Source: an uncultured bacterium (GTDB lineage Bacteria > Patescibacteriota > Minisyncoccia > Phycocordibacterales > GWA1-40-21). From it: 64,000 bases of DNA. The notes beneath the pieces were generated by a model that saw nothing but the letters and a program-made list of their open reading frames with translations, ran no database searches and was not told where the DNA came from. Location: contig CAIKXE010000004.1 of the NCBI GenBank assembly GCA_903831305.1, positions 83,524-147,523 on the forward strand. The letters run 5' to 3'. Shown here piece by piece: positions 38,483 through 47,507 of the stretch; position 1 is the stretch's first letter; every line of letters starts with the position of its first letter. A program made the position numbers and the translations under genes.

Positions 38483-39607
38483 ATGGAACAAGCAAAAAAG
38501 AGTTGGTGGGTTGTGGGAGTTGTGATATTAATTGTTTTAATTATTATTGTGGTTATTTCTACTAAAAAACCCACAGAGACTGGGCCAATTAAGATTGGTT
38601 TTGTGGCCCCCCTTACTGGGGATGCTGGTGGTATAGGGCAGAGTATAAAGCAAGCGGCTGAGCTAGCGGTGTCTGAAATAAATATGGCCGGTGGTATCAA
38701 TGGGCAAATGGTTACCTTGTTATCAGAGGATGGTAAATGTGACGGTAAGGAGGCAGTAACGGCGGTGACCAAGCTTATCAATGTGGATAAAGTGGGGGTG
38801 ATAGTTGGTGGGGCTTGTTCCTCTGAAACGGTGGCTTCAGCTCCGATCGCGGAGAAGGCCAAGGTGGTGATGCTCTCACCTCTTTCTTCTAGTCCAGCTC
38901 TGACAACGGCAGGAGACTATATCTTCAGGGACTATCCGTCTGACTCCTTTCAGGGAGTAAAGGCGGCGGAATTTGCGGTGAACACCTTGAATGCTAAAAA
39001 GATTGCTATTCTGTCTTGTGTGGATGATTGGTGTCAGGGGGTGGCTCAGGTTTTCAAAGCTAAAGCTATTGCCTTGGGGGCGAGCCTGGTCAGTGAAGAA
39101 AAGTATGAGAAAAGTTCTACTGACCTAAAGACGCAGTTGACCAAGATAAAAGCGGCTAATCCAGACCTGGTATATTTTCTGGGTTATACAGATGGAACTG
39201 TTGTGGGTTTAAAGCAAGCCAAAGAACTAGGCTTGCAAGCTAAAATACTTGGTGGTGATGCGTGGAATGATCCTAAGATTGTGGCCAGTGTTGGTTTGGC
39301 TGCTGAGGGGATAGTCTATCTGGTCCCGACCTCGTTTAAGAATGCTTCATTTGAAACGGCGATGGTAAAAGTAAATGGTGGCAAGGAGATAACCATCGGT
39401 TCAAAGGAATCATATGATGCGGTGAAGATTCTGGCGCAGGTGATGCAGAAAGTCGGTACGGATAGTACCAAGGTAAAGAATGCTTTATACGAGGTCAAGA
39501 ATTATCAAGGAGTGTCTGGCAGTATTTCTTTCGATAAGAATGGAGATATTAGCAGTTCAAGTTATGATGTTAAAGTGATTAAGGGAGGTGTTGCAGTAAA
39601 CTACTAG
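38483..39607 (+). CDS. ABC transporter substrate-binding protein (LivJ/LivK type)
   Basis: IKIGFVAPLTG, EDGKCD...GGACS and GVSGSISFDKNGD; terminator follows. Confidence 0.93.
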   Translation: MEQAKKSWWVVGVVILIVLIIIVVISTKKPTETGPIKIGFVAPLTGDAGGIGQSIKQAAELAVSEINMAGGINGQMVTLLSEDGKCDGKEAVTAVTKLINVDKVGVIVGGACSSETVASAPIAEKAKVVMLSPLSSSPALTTAGDYIFRDYPSDSFQGVKAAEFAVNTLNAKKIAILSCVDDWCQGVAQVFKAKAIALGASLVSEEKYEKSSTDLKTQLTKIKAANPDLVYFLGYTDGTVVGLKQAKELGLQAKILGGDAWNDPKIVASVGLAAEGIVYLVPTSFKNASFETAMVKVNGGKEITIGSKESYDAVKILAQVMQKVGTDSTKVKNALYEVKNYQGVSGSISFDKNGDISSSSYDVKVIKGGVAVNY

Positions 39608-39686
39608 GATCTTAAGAAGAAATAAATAAAACAAAAACCCGCTTATTGTTGCGGGTTTTTGTTTATAGGTTAATATATAAAGACAC

Positions 39687-40361
39687 ATGGAACCAGAAAA
39701 AATGGAGATAATTGAAAAACCGCAATTCACTAGAAAAGTATTTTGGGACAACCCTTATCTAACAGAATTGAAAGCTAAGATAACTAGCGTGGAGGATAAT
39801 AATATTACACTGAATCAAACTATCTTTTATGCTTTTTCTGGTGGTCAGGAAAGTGACGAAGGCACAATTGGAGGTAATCATGTTCTGCAAGCGAAAAAGG
39901 AAGGGAAAAATATTATTTACACCATAGAAAGTGGTAAGTGTTATAATGTGGGTGATGAGGTAACGATAAGTATTGATTGGGCGAGACGGTATGAGCTGAT
40001 GAAACTACATTTTGCTGCGGAAATTGTATTGGAATTGATGTACAAGAAATTTCCCGGCATCGAGAAACTGGGAGCTCACATTGCTTTTAATAAAGCGAGG
40101 ATAGATTTTAAATATGATGGAAGTCTGGCAGATATTTTGTCCGAAATAGAAAAGGTAGCCAATGAAATCATTAGCAATAAAGTAGTAGTTAAGAGTGATT
40201 TTAGTGATATTGAAAATGAACGAAGATACTGGGAGATTACAGGTTTTGCTCAGGTGCCCTGTGGAGGAACTCATATTAAAAATACCGGTGAGATTGGACG
40301 TGTTGAATTAAAACGAAAGACAGCTGGTAAAGGAAAAGAGAGAATTGAAATCAATCTTTAA
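39687..40361 (+). CDS. AlaX-family alanyl-tRNA editing protein
   Basis: TIFYAFSGGQESDEG, LHFAAE and PCGGTHIKNTGEIG motifs. Confidence 0.9.
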   Translation: MEPEKMEIIEKPQFTRKVFWDNPYLTELKAKITSVEDNNITLNQTIFYAFSGGQESDEGTIGGNHVLQAKKEGKNIIYTIESGKCYNVGDEVTISIDWARRYELMKLHFAAEIVLELMYKKFPGIEKLGAHIAFNKARIDFKYDGSLADILSEIEKVANEIISNKVVVKSDFSDIENERRYWEITGFAQVPCGGTHIKNTGEIGRVELKRKTAGKGKERIEINL

Positions 40362-40402
40362 AAGATGATTTTAGCGGGGAAATACCGTATAATGAAGAGA
40401 CG

Positions 40403-41134
40403 ATGAAAAAAGAAGGGAAAGAACAACTCTTAAAACTAGAAAATATCAGTGTGAACTTTGGCGGGGTGCAAGCCTTGAAGGGTGTTTCTCTGTCATTTGA
40501 TGAGGGGGAGATAGTGGCCTTGATGGGTCCAAACGGGGCTGGCAAATCTACTGTGCTAAAGGCGATCTTTGGCCTAGTGGAGACGGCTGGTGGTAAGGTG
40601 CTGTGGCATGAGCAGGAGATTCGGCCTGTACCGCATGAGGTGGTCAAGCTCGGTATCTCTTTTGTGCCCCAGGGCCGGCGGGTATTTAAATATTTGACCG
40701 TGAAGGAAAATCTGGAGCTAGGCGGAGTCACAATAAAGAATAAGAATATTTTGAAGGAAAGGCTGGAAGAAGTGCTGGTCCTGTTCCCGGCTTTGCGGGA
40801 AAAGCTTTCCGCCAAGACCGGGGCGCTGTCCGGTGGACAACAGCAGATGGTGGCGATAGCCAGGGGACTCATCACTGATCCCAAGATATTGCTTTTAGAT
40901 GAGCCGTCACTTGGGCTATCACCTAAGATTGTGGGCGAAGTCTTTCAAAAAATTAAGGAAATAAATGAAAAGAGAAAGATGACTATAGTGGTGGTGGAGC
41001 ATAATATTAAGTCGCTCTTGCCCATCACCGACCGGGCCTATATTTTAGATAAAGGGGTGCTGGTTCATACTGGTGTGGGTACAGAAATCCTAAAAGATAA
41101 TATTTTAGAGAAGGTGTTTTTGGCCAAAATCTAA
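40403..41134 (+). CDS. livF: Branched-chain amino acid ABC transporter ATPase LivF
   Basis: GPNGAGKST, VPQGRRVF, LSGGQQQMVAIAR and DEPSLGLSP motifs. Confidence 0.93.
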   Translation: MKKEGKEQLLKLENISVNFGGVQALKGVSLSFDEGEIVALMGPNGAGKSTVLKAIFGLVETAGGKVLWHEQEIRPVPHEVVKLGISFVPQGRRVFKYLTVKENLELGGVTIKNKNILKERLEEVLVLFPALREKLSAKTGALSGGQQQMVAIARGLITDPKILLLDEPSLGLSPKIVGEVFQKIKEINEKRKMTIVVVEHNIKSLLPITDRAYILDKGVLVHTGVGTEILKDNILEKVFLAKI

Positions 41135-41143
41135 TTGCTATTT

Positions 41144-41219
41144 TGGTGGGCGGTATAGGACTTGAACCTATGACCCTTCGCGTGTAAAGCGAGCGCTCTA
41201 CCAACTGAGCTAACCGCCC
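41144..41219 (-). tRNA. tRNA-Val(TAC)
   Basis: GGGCGGT...ACCGCCC-ACCA; anticodon loop TTTACAC; CCA encoded. Confidence 0.94.
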
Positions 41220-41287
41220 CCTAGGTAAAAGATTAGCTTAAAATCAGGGATAATGCAATTTTTTCTTTTTTATGTTAGAACTTATAT

Positions 41288-42025
41288 ATGGAAATACCTG
41301 TTTTATATGAAGACAAGAATATGCTGGCGGTGAATAAACCGTCTGGTCTTGTGATACACACAGATGGCCGGACCAAGGAGCCGGCTCTGACGGATTGGAT
41401 TAAAGATAAATGCCCCAAGTGTGAGGATGTGGGGGAACCACTGGAGATCGGCACCGGACAAATGATCAAGCGGTACGGGATAGTGCACCGGATTGACCGA
41501 GAGACTTCCGGGATAGTCCTTATTGCCAAGAATCAGGAAACTTATGAGTTTCTGAAAAATCAGTTTTTAAAACGCGAGATAGAAAAGTTTTATCACGCTA
41601 TTGTCCATGGTGATGTGTGTTATGATGAGGGAATAATTAATTTGGCGATTGGCCGAAATAAAAGTGACTTCCGCAAGCGCGCTACTGGCAAAGCAGTGCG
41701 CGGGGAGGTCAAGGAGGCTATCACTCACTATAAAACTCTGGCTCGGAAGGAGAAAATATCTTTTATTGAAGCTAATCCGCGGACCGGCCGGACACATCAG
41801 CTTCGAGTGCACTTTGCGGATATTGGGCACCCGATCGTGGGGGATAGGCTGTATTCTGTACCCCGCAAATCACCTTTAGAGATCACCCGTTTAGCCTTGC
41901 ATGCTTATGCTATAGAATTTGAAATCCCCCCTAATTCCGAGGAACGGGCAGGTGGTGGTAACTTGACCAAAATTATCGCTCCTTATCCTCCTGATTTTCA
42001 AAAAGCGGTGGATTTCTTTAAGTAA
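41288..42025 (+). CDS. RluA-family pseudouridine synthase
   Basis: NKPSGL, HRIDRETSG, TGRTHQLRVH and HPIVGD motifs. Confidence 0.94.
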   Translation: MEIPVLYEDKNMLAVNKPSGLVIHTDGRTKEPALTDWIKDKCPKCEDVGEPLEIGTGQMIKRYGIVHRIDRETSGIVLIAKNQETYEFLKNQFLKREIEKFYHAIVHGDVCYDEGIINLAIGRNKSDFRKRATGKAVRGEVKEAITHYKTLARKEKISFIEANPRTGRTHQLRVHFADIGHPIVGDRLYSVPRKSPLEITRLALHAYAIEFEIPPNSEERAGGGNLTKIIAPYPPDFQKAVDFFK

Positions 42026-42203
42026 CTGGTTTTTCATCAGTCCTCTTTTTCACCACATCCTTTTCCGGGTACGAATTTTTTCTGCTAAAAAAATTCTCCG
42101 TTTTCGCCTCAGTCAGGCTCAAAAGCCCCTCCAAAGGAAGATGGTTCAACGAGGACCTTTTAAACGATTTGCGAAAAAGGAATATCTGTGCTAGATTACG
42201 GGG

Positions 42204-42593
42204 ATGAAAATTTCAACGGTAAACATTGAAGAAAGGAAGAAACTGGTCCTCAAGGCCGGTGATACGGTGCGTGTTCACCAGAAGATTGTGGAAGGTGACA
42301 AGTCCCGAATCCAGATTTTTGAAGGTTTAGTCATTGGCCGTAAGCATGGTGATGAAGCCGGTGGTACTATCACTGTCCGTAAGGTGATTGATGGGGTAGG
42401 GGTAGAGAGAATCTTCCCATTTTACTCTCCAAACATTGCTAAATTTGAAGTTGTCAGAAAGTCCAAGACCCGCCGTTCCAAGCTCTACAATATCCGAGAC
42501 AAAGCCGCCAAGGAAATCCGTCGTAAGATGAAAAACATCATCAATGCTAAGGAACCAGTAGAAGTAGCCGAGGCTCCAGCTGAAACTAAATAA
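42204..42593 (+). CDS. rplS: 50S ribosomal protein L19
   Basis: [23 protein letters not shown] and RRSKLY; palindromic terminator at 42602-42634. Confidence 0.96.
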   Translation: MKISTVNIEERKKLVLKAGDTVRVHQKIVEGDKSRIQIFEGLVIGRKHGDEAGGTITVRKVIDGVGVERIFPFYSPNIAKFEVVRKSKTRRSKLYNIRDKAAKEIRRKMKNIINAKEPVEVAEAPAETK

Positions 42594-42696
42594 ATTAAAT
42601 TTAAAAACCCCGGTTATGATAACCGGGGTTTTTAGTTGTATATTAATTGGTAGACGCTACAGGTTTGAGGTATTTCTTTTAGCGTGATACATTTAT

Positions 42697-43377
42697 GTGA
42701 TGGGAAAGCGTGGCCCAAAACCAAAATATTTAGTTTCAACTGTTTGGCGATTTGGCCTCGCTTACGCGGTTGGTTTATTGGCCTCTGATGGATGCCTTTC
42801 TTGTGATGGCAGGCATATTGATTTAACTTCGATAGACATAGAGCAATTAGAAAATTTTAACAAGGCACTAGGATTAAATTTTGAAATCGGGTTCAAGGAT
42901 AGAAATTCTAAAAGTAATAATACTGCATACAGGGTTCAAATTTCAAGTGTTTTGTTCTATGAGTTTCTAGAAGGAATCGGTTTTACAAAAAAGAAGTCCC
43001 TGACAATAAAGGAGATAAATTTACCAGATAAGTATTTTGCAGATTTTCTTAGAGGACTATTTGATGGGGATGGGTGTAGCTATTCCTATTGGGACAAGAG
43101 ATGGAGGTCTAGTTTTATGTTTTATGTTGGATTTTGTTCTGGAAGCACTGCCTTTGTTAGTTGGTTACAAGAAAAAATTAAAAAACAAGTAAAGGTAAAA
43201 GGACATATTACTAAATCAAAAAGAAAAAACTTTTATTATCAGTTAAAGTATTCAAAATATGAAGCTGTAAAACTGGTCGGTTTTTTATATAAAAATGGTA
43301 ATGTTATTAAATTAAATAGAAAGTACTTGAAAATAATGAAAACTTTAGGTACTATGAGGAAGTTAGGTGAGATTTAG
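42697..43377 (+). CDS. Free-standing LAGLIDADG homing-endonuclease-like protein
   Basis: Two motifs, AYAVGLLASDG and FLRGLFDGDG; the stop codon abuts tRNA-Leu. Confidence 0.88.
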   Translation: MMGKRGPKPKYLVSTVWRFGLAYAVGLLASDGCLSCDGRHIDLTSIDIEQLENFNKALGLNFEIGFKDRNSKSNNTAYRVQISSVLFYEFLEGIGFTKKKSLTIKEINLPDKYFADFLRGLFDGDGCSYSYWDKRWRSSFMFYVGFCSGSTAFVSWLQEKIKKQVKVKGHITKSKRKNFYYQLKYSKYEAVKLVGFLYKNGNVIKLNRKYLKIMKTLGTMRKLGEI

Positions 43378-43462
43378 GCCTGGGTGGCGAAACTGGCTAG
43401 ACGCACTACCTTGAGGTGGTAGCGGGAGCAATCCTATGGAGGTTCAAATCCTCTCCCAGGCA
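43378..43462 (+). tRNA. tRNA-Leu(GAG)
   Basis: GCCTGGG...CCCAGGC-A; anticodon arm CTACC-TTGAGGT-GGTAG; long variable arm. Confidence 0.93.
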
Positions 43463-43466
43463 CAAT

Positions 43467-43997
43467 ATGTTATATACACGTAAAGGTGATAAAGGCAAAA
43501 CGCAAATCTTTGGCTGTAATCAAAAGCTGTCTAAAAGCTCGGTGATTGCCGAGGCTTTGGGGACACTGGATGAGGCTAATTCTTTTCTTGGTGTAATAAA
43601 ATCCAAGACAATAGATAAAAAGTTAGGCACTGTTATTAATAATGTTCAGGAAAATCTTTTTATTATTCAAGCTGAGGTGGCCGGGGCGGATAAAAGGATA
43701 ACTAGGACCAAGGTATTAGAGCTTGAAAAGATTATTAATCAGATTGAAAAGGAATTACCCCCTATCAAATCTTTTTTTATTTCTGGGGCATCAGAAACTT
43801 CAGCCCTATTTGATTTTGCGCGTACTCTTGCGCGGCGAGCGGAGAGGCGAGCGGTCCAGGTAGCCGAGGAAGGGGTGGCAAAGGTGGGTCCAGAGACCCT
43901 GGCTTACTTAAACCGCCTGTCCAGCTTATTATACGCTTTGGCTAGACAATCAGCCCATAAGAGTGGGTTTAGGGAAGCTATTCCTAAGTATAAATAA
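43467..43997 (+). CDS. ATP:cob(I)alamin adenosyltransferase (PduO-type)
   Basis: LYTRKGDKGKT, GTLDEANS, RTLARRAERR and YLNRLSSLLY. The longer ORF-track start lies inside the tRNA. Confidence 0.92.
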   Translation: MLYTRKGDKGKTQIFGCNQKLSKSSVIAEALGTLDEANSFLGVIKSKTIDKKLGTVINNVQENLFIIQAEVAGADKRITRTKVLELEKIINQIEKELPPIKSFFISGASETSALFDFARTLARRAERRAVQVAEEGVAKVGPETLAYLNRLSSLLYALARQSAHKSGFREAIPKYK

Positions 43998-44060
43998 TAT
44001 ATTTTTTAACCACAGATTTGAGTATTTACATTAACTGATGATTTTTGTATACTTATAAAT

Positions 44061-44534
44061 ATGGATGATTTTAATTGTGATTTTTGTGGTAATAAATTTA
44101 AAAAGAAGAAATCTCAAGTAAAGTTGAGTTTTAAACACTATTGTTCCAGGGTCTGTTCAGAAGGGGGAAGAAAAAATGGTAAACTCGTCCTGTGCTATGT
44201 TTGTAAAATACCTATTTATAAAAAGTTAAAGGATTTAGGTTCTTCAAAGAGTGGTAAGTATTTTTGTGGTCACGTTTGTTGTAATATCTGGACCGGAAAG
44301 AAACAAAGAGCAGAAAACCACCCTAATTGGGTTAATGGAAAGGCCTCGTATAAAAATATTTTAAAAAGGTCAGATTTTTTAAAAGAATGTATTCTGTGCG
44401 GAAAGAATGATATCAGGGTACTTTGTGTCCATCATCTAGATAAAAATAGGAAGAATAATACAATCCAAAACCTGGTTTGGTTATGTCAAAACTGTCATTT
44501 CCTAGTTCATCGATATAATAAAGAAATAAAATGA
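44061..44534 (+). CDS. HNH endonuclease with N-terminal zinc-ribbon repeats
   Basis: CxxC...YCSxxC repeats and C-terminal CxxC...VHHLDKNRKNN...NLVWLCQNCH. Confidence 0.88.
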   Translation: MDDFNCDFCGNKFKKKKSQVKLSFKHYCSRVCSEGGRKNGKLVLCYVCKIPIYKKLKDLGSSKSGKYFCGHVCCNIWTGKKQRAENHPNWVNGKASYKNILKRSDFLKECILCGKNDIRVLCVHHLDKNRKNNTIQNLVWLCQNCHFLVHRYNKEIK

Positions 44535-45037
44535 AAGCTTTTTGCAAAATTTGTAGAACTAAATTTTCCCCTAGACCATCCCATGTAAAAAGAGGCTGGG
44601 GGTTATTTTGCTCAAGAGGTTGTAAGAATGTGGGTACTCGCGTTAGACAGAAAGTGTATTGTTTTATCTGTAGTAAGGAATTGTTCAAGACAGCTACGCA
44701 GATCAATCATTCAAAAAGTGGAAAATATTTTTGTGATAAATCGTGCCAGACAATTTGGAGGAATAGCCAATTTACTGGTTTAAGGCATTCAAATTTTAAG
44801 TCAGGTAGTCATACTTATCAAAGTATTTTAAAACGTAATAAGGTTTTTCAAACTTGTGGGTTTTGTGGCGAAAAGGATATAAGGGTTTTAGTTACACACC
44901 ACGTCGACGAAAACCATAGTAACAATGATCTCAATAATTTGGCTTGGCTCTGTCATAATTGCCATACACTGGTACATTATGCTAATGTAGAGAAGCGAAG
45001 GTTTCTTGTTAAACACAATAAGAGCCAGAGCAAATAA
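44531..45037 (+). CDS. HNH endonuclease with zinc-ribbon repeats (paralog of the preceding gene)
   Basis: Shares SKSGKYFC and DIRVL; THHVDENHSNN...NLAWLCHNCH; ends 1 nt before tRNA-His. Confidence 0.88.
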   Translation: MKAFCKICRTKFSPRPSHVKRGWGLFCSRGCKNVGTRVRQKVYCFICSKELFKTATQINHSKSGKYFCDKSCQTIWRNSQFTGLRHSNFKSGSHTYQSILKRNKVFQTCGFCGEKDIRVLVTHHVDENHSNNDLNNLAWLCHNCHTLVHYANVEKRRFLVKHNKSQSK

Positions 45038-45038
45038 T

Positions 45039-45112
45039 GGTAGCTATAGCTCAACTGGTAGAGCGTCCGCCTGTGGCGCGGAAGGTTACCGGATCATACC
45101 CGGTTAGCTACC
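45039..45112 (+). tRNA. tRNA-His(GTG)
   Basis: G-1 and C73; anticodon arm TCCGC-CTGTGGC-GCGGA; atypical T-loop ATCATAC. Confidence 0.88.
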
Positions 45113-45498
45113 CAATATTTATTTTTGTAAGTATCTTCTTATTTTACTTTGTGTTTTGAAGTCTATTTTGATATGATTTCTAGATGCAGCAGTTATATTA
45201 TGAGTCTCCCGATAAAAAGAACCACGTAAAGGAATTATTTAGTTCACCTTTTGTTGGTCTTTGGAATTTTTATCGATAATATTCAGTCGGTCGCTGCTGT
45301 CCTATTATTTATTTTTAGGGCGGGTATTGATTCTGTTTTTTCTTTTTATAATGCTTTTCCTGGCAAAGACAACTCTGGGATGATAGACAGGATTTAGAAG
45401 GAGAAGCTCTTTGGCTGAACGTTCCAAATCTTTAATTGCTATTAAGTGTAATTCTTTGTATAATCTAACTATTATTAATAGCCTTAAACACCATAAGA

Positions 45499-45822
45499 GT
45501 GTTTTTTAAAAAAATGAATTTAATGAGCATTAAAAAGATAGTTTACGTTATTTTAACTATCATCTTTGGTCAGCTGATCAGCCTCTTGGCTTATGAAATA
45601 TCTTTGGCCGAATACATAAAGGCTATGTTATACCAAAATATTACCGTCAGTAATTATTTGGGTATTTTTTATAACCCGGCTGACGTTCATACTTTTTGGA
45701 TTTTTATTGGCTTTGGTTCCGTGTTTGGTTTTTTTCTTGGTTTGCATTGGTGGCGTATGGTCTATGTGGAGCACAAATACTGGAGAAAACCAGTAAGCAC
45801 CCCAGACCCTTTTCAGAAATAG
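45499..45822 (+). CDS. Hypothetical membrane protein
   Basis: Two hydrophobic segments and a GFFLGLHWWRMVYVE motif. Confidence 0.7.
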   Translation: MFFKKMNLMSIKKIVYVILTIIFGQLISLLAYEISLAEYIKAMLYQNITVSNYLGIFYNPADVHTFWIFIGFGSVFGFFLGLHWWRMVYVEHKYWRKPVSTPDPFQK

Positions 45823-45834
45823 TTTAATTTTATT

Positions 45835-47406
45835 GTGTTAATGCCTGGTGACGCTAACAAAAAAGCCTATATCATCGGTGGGGGGATTGCTGGTTTAGCC
45901 ACGGCAGTTTTTCTTATTACGGATGGGGGGATGAAAGGAGAAAATATTTTTATCTATGATCAAAATCCAGAAAGCGGGGGGAGTCTGGATGAGCAGGGTA
46001 ATCCACAGTCTGGGTATTTGTGTCGAGGTTACCGGCTTTTTGAAAGGACCATTTACTCCACTACTTTTGATCTATTATCTAAAATTCCTTCGCCAGACAA
46101 TAGCGGAAGGACCCTAGAGGATGACTTTTTTGAATTTAATAAAAAGGTAAAAGTTAATTCTAGAGCTAGACTAATCAAAGAGGGTAAGGTAATAGAGGCC
46201 CATCATCTTGGTTTGAATTGGGGGGATCGTTTTAAATTGATTAAATTATTGTTTTATTCGGAGAATTTTTATTATAATAAGAAAGTTGAGGATTATTTTT
46301 CTAGTGACTTTTTTAAGTCTAATTTTTGGTTGGAGTGGGCTACTACCTTCAGTTTTGAACCCTGGCATGGGCTAGTGGAGATGAAGCGGTATTTGGGGAG
46401 GTTTATTCATGATGCGCCATATTTTGATACTATGTCCTGTACTCTAAATTCCCCATACAGTGAGCATGATTTTATGATTTTACCAATACTTACTTGGTTA
46501 AGAAACATGGGGGTGAATCTTATTCAAAATAATACAGTAACTGACTTAGAGTTTTTAGCTATCAAGGGTCAGAAGGAAGTAATCAGTTTGCTGGCAAAGG
46601 ACAAAGTTGAAATTAAAAAAAATGATTTAGTCTTTTTGACCAGTGGTTCTATCACCGAAGATTCAAGTGTGGGTTCTATGAATAAAGCTCCAATACTTAA
46701 AGAACAGGAGATCTCTCTGTGGAATATGTGGCGAGATGTAGTTAAAGATTTTTCTGATCTCGGGAACCCTGATAGTTTTTGTCTGGCTAAAGGTAAAACC
46801 CAGTGGGAATCTTTTACTCTTACTTTTTCTAATTCAGTCTTTTTTGACTTAATGGAGAATTTAACCAAGAATAAAGTCGGCACCGGGGGACCGCATACTT
46901 TTAAGGGTTCAAATTGGTTATTATCAATTATTTTACCTCATCAGCCATTTTTTAGAAATCAATCAGTCGGGACTTTTGTCTGTTGGGGATACGGTCTGGT
47001 CTCTAATCAGGAGGGAAATTACGTAAAAAAGAAGATGACTGAATGTAGTGGTGAGGAAATATTGAAGGAAGTGTGTTTTCATCTAGGCTTTGTTGAACAG
47101 ATGCCAGAAATAATCAAATCGGCTATTTGTATCCCGGTTTTAATGCCTTATATTACCAGCCAGTTTTCATTACGGAAAAGGACTGACCGTCCAGAAGTGG
47201 TTCCAAGGGGTTCGGTTAATTTTGCTTGTATTGGCCAATATGTGGAAATTTCAGATGAGATTACTTTTACGGTGGAGCAATCCGTCCGTTCAGCCAAAAT
47301 CGCCGTCAAAAAATTATTAAAACTGAAAAATAAAATCCCGCCAATTTATCAGGGAAAATATAATCCCTGGTATGTTATTAGGGCTATTTTAACTGTTTTG
47401 AGATAG
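45835..47406 (+). CDS. Oleate hydratase (MCRA family)
   Basis: KAYIIGGGIAGLA FAD motif, GGSLD, RG-R, SNWLLS, MPYITSQF, DRPEVVP and FTVEQSVRSA. Confidence 0.9.
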   Translation: MLMPGDANKKAYIIGGGIAGLATAVFLITDGGMKGENIFIYDQNPESGGSLDEQGNPQSGYLCRGYRLFERTIYSTTFDLLSKIPSPDNSGRTLEDDFFEFNKKVKVNSRARLIKEGKVIEAHHLGLNWGDRFKLIKLLFYSENFYYNKKVEDYFSSDFFKSNFWLEWATTFSFEPWHGLVEMKRYLGRFIHDAPYFDTMSCTLNSPYSEHDFMILPILTWLRNMGVNLIQNNTVTDLEFLAIKGQKEVISLLAKDKVEIKKNDLVFLTSGSITEDSSVGSMNKAPILKEQEISLWNMWRDVVKDFSDLGNPDSFCLAKGKTQWESFTLTFSNSVFFDLMENLTKNKVGTGGPHTFKGSNWLLSIILPHQPFFRNQSVGTFVCWGYGLVSNQEGNYVKKKMTECSGEEILKEVCFHLGFVEQMPEIIKSAICIPVLMPYITSQFSLRKRTDRPEVVPRGSVNFACIGQYVEISDEITFTVEQSVRSAKIAVKKLLKLKNKIPPIYQGKYNPWYVIRAILTVLR

Positions 47407-47507
47407 GTATTGTCATCACCCTCGCTTTGTATCTTAAGACATATTTAATTTGCAATTATGGTCGGTAAAGGAGTATACTCTTACTTGTGCTAAAAGAATT
47501 TTATTTT

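Noticed and set aside
28723-41219. Integrated genomic island bounded by tRNA-Arg and tRNA-Val
   Set aside because: The tRNA-Arg 3' duplication is only ~160 nt from the gene and does not enclose the liv block. No att repeat was seen at the tRNA-Val side and there is no integrase.
43416-43466. N-terminal extension of the PduO-type ORF
   Set aside because: It lies within tRNA-Leu; the real start is the ATG at 43467.
45184-45400. Possible DGR template repeat or small gene after tRNA-His
   Set aside because: Not similar to the pilin variable region and not AAC-rich. Only short broken frames are present, at most a decayed membrane-protein fragment.
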